DNA from: Candidatus Latescibacterota bacterium
Lineage (GTDB): Bacteria > Latescibacterota > UBA2968 > UBA8231
Reading direction: 5' to 3'
DNA: 64,000 nucleotides
Assembly (NCBI GenBank): GCA_965261395.1
Contig: OZ253462.1
Span: 3,104,001 to 3,168,000, forward strand
In this document: positions 56,214 through 64,000 of the stretch, one piece after another
Layout of the letters: every line of letters begins with the position of its first letter
How positions within the stretch are numbered: the stretch's first letter is position 1
Program-made: the position numbers and the translations under genes
The notes under the pieces: generated by a model
Told to the model about the DNA's origin: nothing
What the model saw: the letters and a program-made list of their open reading frames with translations, nothing else
Databases searched by the model: none

Positions 56214-57755
56214 TTACTCCATTTCGCTAAAGTCTATAGGGCGCGGTGGGTGCGAGCGCTGGGTGAGCGAGGCCACGACCAGCATGGCGAGGCCGCCCAA
56301 GGCTAGGCTGGTAATCCCGACGAGGTTGGAGCTTTCGACCAACGGCAACAAAAACTCGGGCACCAAGTGCTGGTTTTCGTTCATAATCAGAAAGTTGAGC
56401 GGCACCAGTGCGCCGAGGATCAGGGCGCAGTACGCACCCGGGGTATTGGCCTTTTTCCAGTACAGCCCCAAGGCCACGGTGCCGACACAGCCGGCGAAAT
56501 AGATGGTGCCGGTGACGTACATAAAGCGGAAGGCCGTCTCGGGAAGCTGGTAGAGCGCGCCGAAAATGGCCAAGAAGGCGGCGAGGATGACGACGATGGC
56601 TCGGGTCCAGTAGATCTCGCGCTCGCTCGACAGCCCGCCCCAAGTGCCGTCCGCCTCGCGCTCGCCGCTCGACTTGGCGAGCATGGCCTTGATCGGCGAG
56701 ACCACGTCGCGGACGATAACGCCGCTCCAGGCTAGCAGGTAGCTGTCGTGGGTGGACATGAAGGCGGCGAACATCCCGGCCATGAGCAGGCCGGCGATGC
56801 CGATGGGCAGGATTTTGCCGAGCATTTCGGGCATGGCGTAGTGGGGGTCGAGTTCGGGGTTGCCAAAATAGGCCAGGGCCGCGATGCCCCAAAACATTGG
56901 CACCATCGCCCGCCCCATGACCGTGCCCGCGGCGATCCAGAACACGCGGCGGGCCACCTTGGGACTTTCGGCACTCAGCGGCCGCATCATTTCGGGTTGC
57001 CAGACCACGCCGACTAGGCCGACGCAAAATAAAAATAAGATCATTGAGATGCCGTAGCCGGGATTGGCTATGGGATCGAAGCCGATGTCGCCTTTGTGAA
57101 CCTCGACGGCCTGGACCATGGTGTCCCAGCCGAGCTGTGGGTGATTGAGAATTATATACGTGCCAAAGAAAAATCCCAGCGACAACAGCACGAACTGCGC
57201 GAAGTCCGTCAGTACCACCGAGACCATGCCGCCCATCAGCGTGTAGAAGACGACGATGAGCAACATGCCGACCATGACGTAGTTGACGTATTCCTTGTCG
57301 AGGCCGGTGAAGCCAACGACGAACTTGCTGCCGAGGATGGGAAACAGCCCCATGTTGAGGGTGCCGGCGAGGGTGAGGATGATGCCGCCGAGCAGGCGCA
57401 CGCCGCGCGTGTATTTGATTTCGTAGAACTCGGGCACGGTCATCACCTGCAAATGGCGCAGGCGGCTGACGATAAAGCCGGTGCGGCCGATGATCAGGGT
57501 GGTAATCAGCGCCATGAGGCCAAAGACGAAGGGCACGAAGCCGTATTTAAAGCCCTCCTCGGCCATGTACATGACCGTGACCAGCCCGAGGCCGGTCGAG
57601 ACCATAGTGGCGACGGCCATGTGGGTTTTCAGGCCGCGGCCGGCGACGAGGAAGTCGGAGATGCCCTTGATGGCACCTCGGGCCAACGTACCGGCGACGA
57701 TGGTGCCGCCGACATAGACGAGGACGATGGCGTAGTCAATCCAGCTCAGGTGCAT
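56214..57755 (-). CDS. sodium:solute symporter (SSS) family
   Basis: DFLVAGR, TVPEFYE, YTLMGGMVSVVLTDFAQF, AAFMSTHDSYL, GLYWKKAN. Confidence 0.9.
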   Translation of the reverse strand: MHLSWIDYAIVLVYVGGTIVAGTLARGAIKGISDFLVAGRGLKTHMAVATMVSTGLGLVTVMYMAEEGFKYGFVPFVFGLMALITTLIIGRTGFIVSRLRHLQVMTVPEFYEIKYTRGVRLLGGIILTLAGTLNMGLFPILGSKFVVGFTGLDKEYVNYVMVGMLLIVVFYTLMGGMVSVVLTDFAQFVLLSLGFFFGTYIILNHPQLGWDTMVQAVEVHKGDIGFDPIANPGYGISMILFLFCVGLVGVVWQPEMMRPLSAESPKVARRVFWIAAGTVMGRAMVPMFWGIAALAYFGNPELDPHYAMPEMLGKILPIGIAGLLMAGMFAAFMSTHDSYLLAWSGVIVRDVVSPIKAMLAKSSGEREADGTWGGLSSEREIYWTRAIVVILAAFLAIFGALYQLPETAFRFMYVTGTIYFAGCVGTVALGLYWKKANTPGAYCALILGALVPLNFLIMNENQHLVPEFLLPLVESSNLVGITSLALGGLAMLVVASLTQRSHPPRPIDFSEME

Positions 57756-57842
57756 GCGTTCTCCTGTGGTGTTTCAGTAGTGGAAAAGCCGAACGGCCTG
57801 CCAATTTAACATTTTAGCGCGGGCATGTCACCTCGCGGGCGA

Positions 57843-57871
57843 TTGACCCCCCGAGGGGCGGTTAATATACT
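57843..57871 (+). promoter_or_regulatory. sigma70-like promoter for 57925-59399
   Basis: TTGACC(57843-57848)-17 nt-TATACT(57866-57871). Confidence 0.6.
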
Positions 57872-57924
57872 TGCGCCGCGTTTCACCGCGCCGTTAGGCG
57901 TGAACATTAACTACTAAGAAGGAT

Positions 57925-58362
57925 ATGAATATGTTGCTACGACTTATGCGCCGGTCGCTGCTGTTGGTCGCGGGCCTGTCGTGGGCCGGTTGCGGGGGCG
58001 ATGACTCGACGCTGGGACCGGACGGAACGGATGGCGAGGGCACGCTCACCGAGGCTACTCTAGCACAGGTCAGCGGGGTCTTCTCGGTTAGTTGCGCCCT
58101 TTCGGGTTGCCACAGCGGCGGGGAGCCCACGGCTGATTTGTCGCTGGAGGGCGACTTTGCTGCTCGTATCGTCGGCGTCGCCAGCGGCCAGCGGCCCGAT
58201 CTCAAGCTCGTCGATCCGGGGAATCCCGACAGCTCGTACCTGCTGATAAAGGTGCGCGGCGACGACGAAATCGTCAGCCAGCAAATGCCGCCGGGCAAGG
58301 TTTTGCCCGCAGAGCAGGTGGAGATAATCCGCGCGTGGATCGCCAGCGGAGCGAAAGAATAA
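57925..58362 (+). CDS. lipoprotein with cytochrome-c-like domain (CX4CH motif)
   Basis: Lipobox WAGC; CALSGCH, VDPGNPDSSYL..KV, QMPP, IRAWIASGA (planctomycete cytochrome c-like pattern). Confidence 0.65.
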   Translation: MNMLLRLMRRSLLLVAGLSWAGCGGDDSTLGPDGTDGEGTLTEATLAQVSGVFSVSCALSGCHSGGEPTADLSLEGDFAARIVGVASGQRPDLKLVDPGNPDSSYLLIKVRGDDEIVSQQMPPGKVLPAEQVEIIRAWIASGAKE

Positions 58363-59399
58363 TGCCTGTCTTTTCTCCAGCATCTTTGATCGAAACCACC
58401 GCCGCCATTTTTGCCGCGGCTGGCATGCGCGCTGATGAGGCACTCACTGTCGCCGAATTGCTCGTCGAAGCAAATCTCGTCGGCCACGACTCGCACGGCG
58501 TCATCCGCATCCCCCAGTACTTGGGCCAAGTCGAAGCCGGCGACATCGTGCCAGACGCTGCCGTCGAAGTCGTTCACGAGGCTCCGACGCTAGCCGTGCT
58601 CGACGCGCATTGGGGCTTTGGGCAGGTGGCGATGAGTCGCGGCGTGGACCTGGGCTTGGAGAAGGCGCGGGCCACGGGCATGGCCGCTATCTCCGTCCGC
58701 CAAGCCAATCACATCGGCCGCCTCGGCAGCTATGTGGAGCGCATTGCCGAGGGTACTGCCATCGCCCTGCTGTTCGTCAACGGCGCACCGGTCTGCCGCA
58801 TGGCCCCGTGGGGAGGGCGCGAAGCCCGGCACGGCACCAATCCAATCGCCATGGCGTTTCCGTCGCGCAGCGGCCCGCCGGTCGTCCTCGACATGACCAC
58901 GTCGGCGGTGGCCGAGGGCAAGGTGCGAGTGCAGCGCAATCGCGGGGCTGAGGTGCCCGACGGCTGGCTGATCGACGCCGAAGGCCAGCCGACCAACGAT
59001 CCCCACACCTTGTACGCCGATCCGCCCGGCACCATCCTGCCCTTGGGCGGCAGCCTCGGGCACAAGGGCTACGGTCTGAACGTGGCGGTTGAGTTGTTGG
59101 CTGGTGCGTTGGCCGGGGCCGGCTGCATAGGCCAGGATCGGCCCTTCCGCAACGGGGCCATGCTGTTGGTGCTCGACGTGGAAAAGCTGGTGGGGTTAGA
59201 CGCCTATTTCGCCGAGGCCGACACGTACATCGCGTTTGTTAAGTCCGCGGCCACCGCGCCGGGAGTCGAGGCGATCTTGATGCCTGGGGACAGCGAGCGG
59301 GCGATGGCGGAGAAGCGGAAGGTGGAGGGGATTTTCGTCGAGGATGAGACGTGGGCGCAGATTGTGGCGAGTGCGGCGAAGGTGGGGGTTGAGGTTTGA
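58362..59399 (+). CDS. Ldh_2 family oxidoreductase (malate/L-lactate/ureidoglycolate dehydrogenase-like)
   Basis: GHDSHG..RIPQY, NHIGRLG, GTNPIA, DMTTS, HKGYGL; TAATG overlap with the upstream gene. Confidence 0.9.
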   Translation: MPVFSPASLIETTAAIFAAAGMRADEALTVAELLVEANLVGHDSHGVIRIPQYLGQVEAGDIVPDAAVEVVHEAPTLAVLDAHWGFGQVAMSRGVDLGLEKARATGMAAISVRQANHIGRLGSYVERIAEGTAIALLFVNGAPVCRMAPWGGREARHGTNPIAMAFPSRSGPPVVLDMTTSAVAEGKVRVQRNRGAEVPDGWLIDAEGQPTNDPHTLYADPPGTILPLGGSLGHKGYGLNVAVELLAGALAGAGCIGQDRPFRNGAMLLVLDVEKLVGLDAYFAEADTYIAFVKSAATAPGVEAILMPGDSERAMAEKRKVEGIFVEDETWAQIVASAAKVGVEV

Positions 59400-59477
59400 G
59401 GTGAGGGGTGAAAGGTGAGGGAAACTTGCTCGTCGTCTGGAGCGCCTCTACACATAGTGAAACCCACCTCATGTACA

Positions 59478-59526
59478 AAAATGCCCCCTTTTTCGTACGT
59501 AGTATGTACAAAAAAGGGGGCATTTT
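59478..59526. terminator. 24-bp-arm palindrome between convergent genes (bidirectional terminator or miniature element)
   Basis: AAAATGCCCCCTTTTTCGTACGTA-G-TATGTACAAAAAAGGGGGCATTTT; 22 of 24 positions complementary. Confidence 0.6.
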
Positions 59527-59619
59527 ACGACGCTATCCCCGGCAGTTGGAATCGGCTATGCGGAGGAGATTAGTGGTAAGGGGCAAGTGGTTAGTGGTAA
59601 GTCCCCTCATCACTAACCA

Positions 59620-61605
59620 TTAAAACACAATGCTCGACACCGCTTTAGAAATCAGCGCCAGCGCGATGGAAGACATGCCGACCAAGCCCATCCCGCACGA
59701 ATAGCCGGCCAAGAGAATCGGCGCGTACGCCCGCCAGCGCGCTTCGCCAAAGCGCTTCTGCAAGTGATAGCGGCCCAGCAAGGCGCCGATGAAGTTGAGC
59801 AGCAGAAAGTGCGGCCACGCGCCCACGCCGCCGATGAATCCGTAGAACAGGGCGACCGGCCAGCGCAAGAGCGCCAATGCGCCCAAAATCCCCGCGCTGC
59901 CCAGCGCACCCGTGAGCACGTATTCCCAGCGAATGATGGTCTTGATCAGCTCGTTGCCGCCCTCGGCAAGGGTCGATTTGGCCCAGAACGCCTGCATGGT
60001 GGCGTGGAAAGGCCAAAACTTCTGCACGTAGGGATAGGCTGCCGAGGGAATCGGCCCGAGTTTCCAGATAAAAGACCAGAACACAAACGAGCAGACGAAC
60101 ATGATTAGCAAAGTAACGCCGGCCAGCTTGACGATGCTGCCGAAGTGGGTGCGGGTCAGTTCGAGTTGCTTGAAGGCCGCGGCTTCGTAGCCCCACTGGA
60201 AGAGCGGGATCGGCGCAAACCACACGGCCGCGCCCTGATAGCCCGACAGGTAAAAGGAGCCTTCGCGCAGATAGGGGAAGGACGCTCCTTGCGGCGAGCC
60301 GGTCAGGCCGATCATGCGCGCGCCGATGTACGAGTAAATCGGCGTCCACACAAAGCCGAAGAACGCGCTGATCCACCAGGGAAATTCCGGCACCAAATAC
60401 CAGACCAAGGCCACGAAGCCGAGCGTGCTCACCGCCCAGATACCCAAGGCGAGGGGGATGGGGATGTCGCCGCGGTCCTTGGTTAGGCGCTCGTCGTCCT
60501 CGCGCTTAACCCCGCGCAACGTCCACAGGGTCTTGCCCACCATGGCAAAGCCCATCACGGCCACGAGGACCGCGCCGCCAATGGAAAAGCTGAGCCAGAA
60601 GTCGAAGGAGTTGGCGATCTGCGTTGGGATCGCCGACATGCCCGGCTCCCAAGTGTGCAGCACGTCGTAGGTGTAGAGCACCGGATTGACGAGGATGTTG
60701 ACGAGAAAGGCCGCGGCAAAGGAGCCGACCACGATCCAAAAGGGCAGGACAAAGCCGACCATGACGTGCCCGAGGTCGGTGCCAATGCCCATGATGCTGG
60801 CCGGCAGCATTTCTTTGAGCGAGACGGTCAGGTCGATAAACGGAATCGGCAGGATCGTCACCGTTTCGGTAAAGAAAATGCCCGAGATCGTGGGGATGAC
60901 CACGTAGAACAGCCCCCAGATAATGCCGATAAAGGCCCCGACGCTAAAGACCTCCCAGCGCCAGCCTTGGCTCGGCCCCGAGCTCTCGGCGAGGGCGGTC
61001 GCGCCGCCAGCCTGCACCGCGGCCAACGGGTACGGCAGGCGCTCGATGTCGTTGGTGATGCGGAAGAGTACGTAGCCCAAGGACAGGCTGTTGACCTTCT
61101 GCATCACGATGACGATCAGCAGCAGGGCAATGGGCTTGATCCAGTCGGGGTGCATAAAGGAGCGCCCCTCTAGGGCTTGTGAGCCGCGCGGCGGCACCAC
61201 CCAATCGGGGATGTACTGGTGCAAGCCGTCGGCTTGGGGCGATTGGATCAAGTACTGGTCCCAGATCAGCCCGCCAAAAGGCCCGCCGAACAGCTCGGCT
61301 CCGGTGCCCAATTTGCCGCCCATCACGACCAAGCCGCCGGCCACCCAGTAGAGAATAATCACCTCTTGGGTGCGCAGGCGCACAAAGGAGCGCTTGGCGA
61401 TTTCGATGAAGAGAATGAGCGTCACCCACTCGGCGCCGCCGGCCATGCTCTGGCCGGTCACCAACCCCAAGTAGATGGCTCCGGGCATCATGATGAAGCC
61501 GACAAAGAGCGCGGCCCACAAGGTCTTGACGTTGAAGCCCGGTTCGAATTGGAGGTCCGAGGGAATCAGCTCGGGCGCTTTTTCTTTTTTGTCGTCTTGA
61601 GCCAT
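59620..61605 (-). CDS. OPT-like oligopeptide transporter
   Basis: FEPGFN...ALFVGFIMMPGAIYLGL, EWVTLILF.E, DIERLPYP, PIPSAAYP, PILLAGY.CG.GL. Confidence 0.68.
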   Translation of the reverse strand: MAQDDKKEKAPELIPSDLQFEPGFNVKTLWAALFVGFIMMPGAIYLGLVTGQSMAGGAEWVTLILFIEIAKRSFVRLRTQEVIILYWVAGGLVVMGGKLGTGAELFGGPFGGLIWDQYLIQSPQADGLHQYIPDWVVPPRGSQALEGRSFMHPDWIKPIALLLIVIVMQKVNSLSLGYVLFRITNDIERLPYPLAAVQAGGATALAESSGPSQGWRWEVFSVGAFIGIIWGLFYVVIPTISGIFFTETVTILPIPFIDLTVSLKEMLPASIMGIGTDLGHVMVGFVLPFWIVVGSFAAAFLVNILVNPVLYTYDVLHTWEPGMSAIPTQIANSFDFWLSFSIGGAVLVAVMGFAMVGKTLWTLRGVKREDDERLTKDRGDIPIPLALGIWAVSTLGFVALVWYLVPEFPWWISAFFGFVWTPIYSYIGARMIGLTGSPQGASFPYLREGSFYLSGYQGAAVWFAPIPLFQWGYEAAAFKQLELTRTHFGSIVKLAGVTLLIMFVCSFVFWSFIWKLGPIPSAAYPYVQKFWPFHATMQAFWAKSTLAEGGNELIKTIIRWEYVLTGALGSAGILGALALLRWPVALFYGFIGGVGAWPHFLLLNFIGALLGRYHLQKRFGEARWRAYAPILLAGYSCGMGLVGMSSIALALISKAVSSIVF

Positions 61606-61608
61606 CGG

Positions 61609-63519
61609 CTAGTTTCCGTATAGCGGGTGCCCCTGCCCGGGGAACCAAATCATATCGATGCAAAAGGACAGGCCAATCCCGGTGAAGTACCCGAGGATGA
61701 GGCCGATGAAAAAGGGCTGGGCGTGCTGGTAGAGGCCAATGCCGCCCGAGCGCATGATGGCCCATTTGGCCAGCCAAGAGACGAAGATCGAAAAGACGAT
61801 GATGGTCATGGGGTAGGAACAAATGCCGACCGGCATGCCAATCGGGTGCAGGGGCCACCAGGGGAAGCGATAGCGCATAAAGGTCAGCAGCCCCATCGCC
61901 CCCGCGCCGCTGATGAGGTGCCCCAATCGCGTCCAATCCGGGGCCTTGAGGTCAATTTTGCGCAGGCTTTCCACGTAGGGCACTTGCGATCCGGTGCCGA
62001 AGATCCAACCCCCGTAATTGTACGCGCCAAAGGAGTAGCCCATATAGAGCGCGAAGGCCATGGAGACGACGAGGGCCACCAGCGCCGAGAGGAGGATGTA
62101 GAAGCTCAGCCAGCGGCGGTTGCCGCGGATGTGGTCGGACACCTTGGCGCTGTTGGCGGCGGCGACCATGAAAAAGCCCTTGAGTTCGTGGTGCCAGCCG
62201 TAGGATAGCCCCATGGCGATGTTGCTCTGCGCGGTGGCGTGCGGCCCGAGCGCGTAGCCGACGAAGGTTTGGCCGACTAGCGGTGCGCGGCTGAAGAGCA
62301 AGCCACCCTCCATGATGATGCGCGTAATGCCGATGTAGAGGACCAAGGTGGCCAAGATGAAGAGCGCGACCGTGGGCAGGTTCATGCCAGCTCGCCACAT
62401 CCAGAAGGCGATGTAGAGCAGGGCCAGTCCGCCGCCAAAGACGATCATCCGGTAGGACATCAGCTCGTCTGAGTCGTCGATGTCCGCATCGTTGTGCACG
62501 GCTTTGCGCCAGATCGCGCCGAGGTGCCCGCGCGCCATCCACAGCATGCCGACGACGAGGGCGATCAGGGCACCGAAAGACTGCCAGCCGATGCCGGGGT
62601 GCCCGAGGGTGTACACGTCGCGGCCGGCAATGGTGTAGCCAAAGCGGTTGAATAGGCCCTCTTGCAGCATGGTCAGCACCGTGAAAAACCACATGCTGAA
62701 GGACACATCGAGATTGACGAAGTACGTGAAACCGACGATGGCCCAGTTGATATTGGTGTTGATGGCGGGAAATTCGCGACCAATGCGGATGGGGTCGGAC
62801 AGGTCGCGTGGGATGGGTGGAAAGGCCGGAGTGAAGTACGTGACCACATTCCACATAACCATGCAGAAGGGCAGGGCAAAGCCGAACCAGAATGCCTTTT
62901 GGCGCACAAAGCTGGGCCAGTTAGAGCCGCGCGGCGGGGCGATGAGCTGTTGGGGCAATTCCATCAAGGCGAAGGGTAGGCGCTCGTATTCGACCCATTG
63001 CTTGCGCAGGGCCGCGACCATGCACTGACACAAAAAGAAGATGGCCATTACCAAGCTGGTCCACCAAAAGAACGGACCGATCCAAGCGCCCCAAGGGATG
63101 GATTCGCCCGCGGGTAGGCCGTTGTAGAACCACTTGAGGGCAATCGCGTCGTTGGGCACCAGCCATTCCTCGATGTACTGCACTACTTTGCTCTGCCACT
63201 GATTTTCGGGCGAGGCAAAGTACTGGGGGGCGGCGACGACCGCGATCATGTAGGTGGAGGTCCCCCAGGTGGGAATTGAGGCCCCCACCAAGGACATGGT
63301 GAAGATGAGGCCGAGTTCGCTGGTGCCTAGGCCGCGCACTTTTAGCAGCGACTTGACCGTGGCGTTGAGAAAAACCAAGCCGGTAAAGAGAAAGACCACG
63401 CTCAAGGGTAGGTAGCTGATCGCCCACTGCGAGGACTTGAGGATGAACATGCTGTACGGGGCCCCGATGTTGATCAGGACCACGAGGCTCAAGCCGATGA
63501 GCAAGGCGCGTGCGGTCAT
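61609..63519 (-). CDS. DUF6785/DUF6784-type polytopic membrane protein
   Basis: Paralogue of 51560-53524 (LRKQW..ERL, FSMWFF, RIIMEGG, WWPLHPIG, PFFIGLILG). Confidence 0.72.
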   Translation of the reverse strand: MTARALLIGLSLVVLINIGAPYSMFILKSSQWAISYLPLSVVFLFTGLVFLNATVKSLLKVRGLGTSELGLIFTMSLVGASIPTWGTSTYMIAVVAAPQYFASPENQWQSKVVQYIEEWLVPNDAIALKWFYNGLPAGESIPWGAWIGPFFWWTSLVMAIFFLCQCMVAALRKQWVEYERLPFALMELPQQLIAPPRGSNWPSFVRQKAFWFGFALPFCMVMWNVVTYFTPAFPPIPRDLSDPIRIGREFPAINTNINWAIVGFTYFVNLDVSFSMWFFTVLTMLQEGLFNRFGYTIAGRDVYTLGHPGIGWQSFGALIALVVGMLWMARGHLGAIWRKAVHNDADIDDSDELMSYRMIVFGGGLALLYIAFWMWRAGMNLPTVALFILATLVLYIGITRIIMEGGLLFSRAPLVGQTFVGYALGPHATAQSNIAMGLSYGWHHELKGFFMVAAANSAKVSDHIRGNRRWLSFYILLSALVALVVSMAFALYMGYSFGAYNYGGWIFGTGSQVPYVESLRKIDLKAPDWTRLGHLISGAGAMGLLTFMRYRFPWWPLHPIGMPVGICSYPMTIIVFSIFVSWLAKWAIMRSGGIGLYQHAQPFFIGLILGYFTGIGLSFCIDMIWFPGQGHPLYGN

Positions 63520-63677
63520 GTCGGCTACTGGGCGCTACTGAGGGCAATGGACGGCACCCGCTCTCGGTACTCTTGGCGGATTCCCGGCGACAGGGGTGGC
63601 CACACGAGGAATCGCTTGCAAAGCACGTTGAGGATTTGGCTCATGCCCCCTCGATCTTCTTTCGGCTCTTCATGGCT

Positions 63678-64000
63678 TCAAACCTCCATGGTGGCCACAT
63701 CGTATCGTCGAATGTGGCCATCCCCGGTCACGAGGATCAGCTCTTCGGTTCGAGCTTGGGCAATCAGGAACCGATCGAATGGATCCCGGTGGTGCATTGG
63801 GAGGCTGCCGGCCTGCTCAGCGTGATGGAACGTCAGCGGAAGGTGGGTGAAGCCTTTTTCCTCAACCAACATCGACAGATCGTCTGGAGCGACCAAGCGA
63901 CCCTTTGCCCGCTTGACCGCGATTTCCCACCCGGTGATGGCGCTGACGAAGACGTCATTGTGCGGATCGGCGATTGTAGCACGGGTACCTTCGGCCAGTT
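63678..64000 (-). CDS. vapC: VapC PIN-domain toxin (5' end outside the window)
   Basis: Frame is open to the window edge: VFVSAITGWEIAVK..KGRL...LPMHHRDPFDRFLIAQA...LVTGD. Confidence 0.88.
   Translation of the reverse strand, partial: LAEGTRATIADPHNDVFVSAITGWEIAVKRAKGRLVAPDDLSMLVEEKGFTHLPLTFHHAEQAGSLPMHHRDPFDRFLIAQARTEELILVTGDGHIRRYDVATMEV

Noticed and set aside
63525-63673. Tiny minus-strand ORFs after vapC (MKSRKKIEGA; MSQILNVLCKRFL..., 39 aa)
   Set aside because: No recognisable family or motif; could be a remnant but cannot be supported.
1-64000. Apparent excess of CTAG/CCTTGG/CCAAGG suggesting methylation-driven CCWGG decay
   Set aside because: Impression only; CCWGG sites are still present and k-mer statistics cannot be computed here.
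1-64000. Numerous long overlapping or antisense ORFs in the track (e.g. 14387-15535, 32315-33205, 60944-61936, 27400-28383)
   Set aside because: Arg/Pro/Ala-rich shadow frames expected in high-GC DNA, overlapping better-supported genes.

Overview
High-GC bacterial genomic window with about 58 genes and no rRNA, tRNA, CRISPR array or transposase that I can see. The gene repertoire (three CRTAC1/FG-GAP-ASPIC/UnbV proteins, FlgD-Ig secreted proteins, DUF6785/DUF6784-type membrane proteins, PhyH dioxygenases, BNR/beta-propeller hydrolases, many toxin-antitoxin modules) suggests an FCB-group candidate phylum such as Ca. Latescibacterota; this taxonomy is inference. The left part (1-11.5 kb) is an accessory region with toxin-antitoxin pairs and a decayed BsuBI/PstI-like restriction-modification system. 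The middle part is catabolic. The strongest signal is a CRTAC1/ASPIC-UnbV gene split by one in-frame UGA (25180-25182) that is followed directly by an fdhF-like bacterial SECIS hairpin (loop GGUC), which makes it a candidate new selenoprotein. The second highlight is a 16 kb co-oriented envelope locus (37.6-53.5 kb): a DUF6785-type membrane protein, three tandem FlgD-Ig paralogues all ending in V-A-Y, a putative beta-barrel, a secreted protein with a TSWGRVK tail, a lipoprotein, a PPIase and a TPR lipoprotein. It looks like an uncharacterised secretion or uptake system. All family calls come from motif recognition by eye; no database searches were run.
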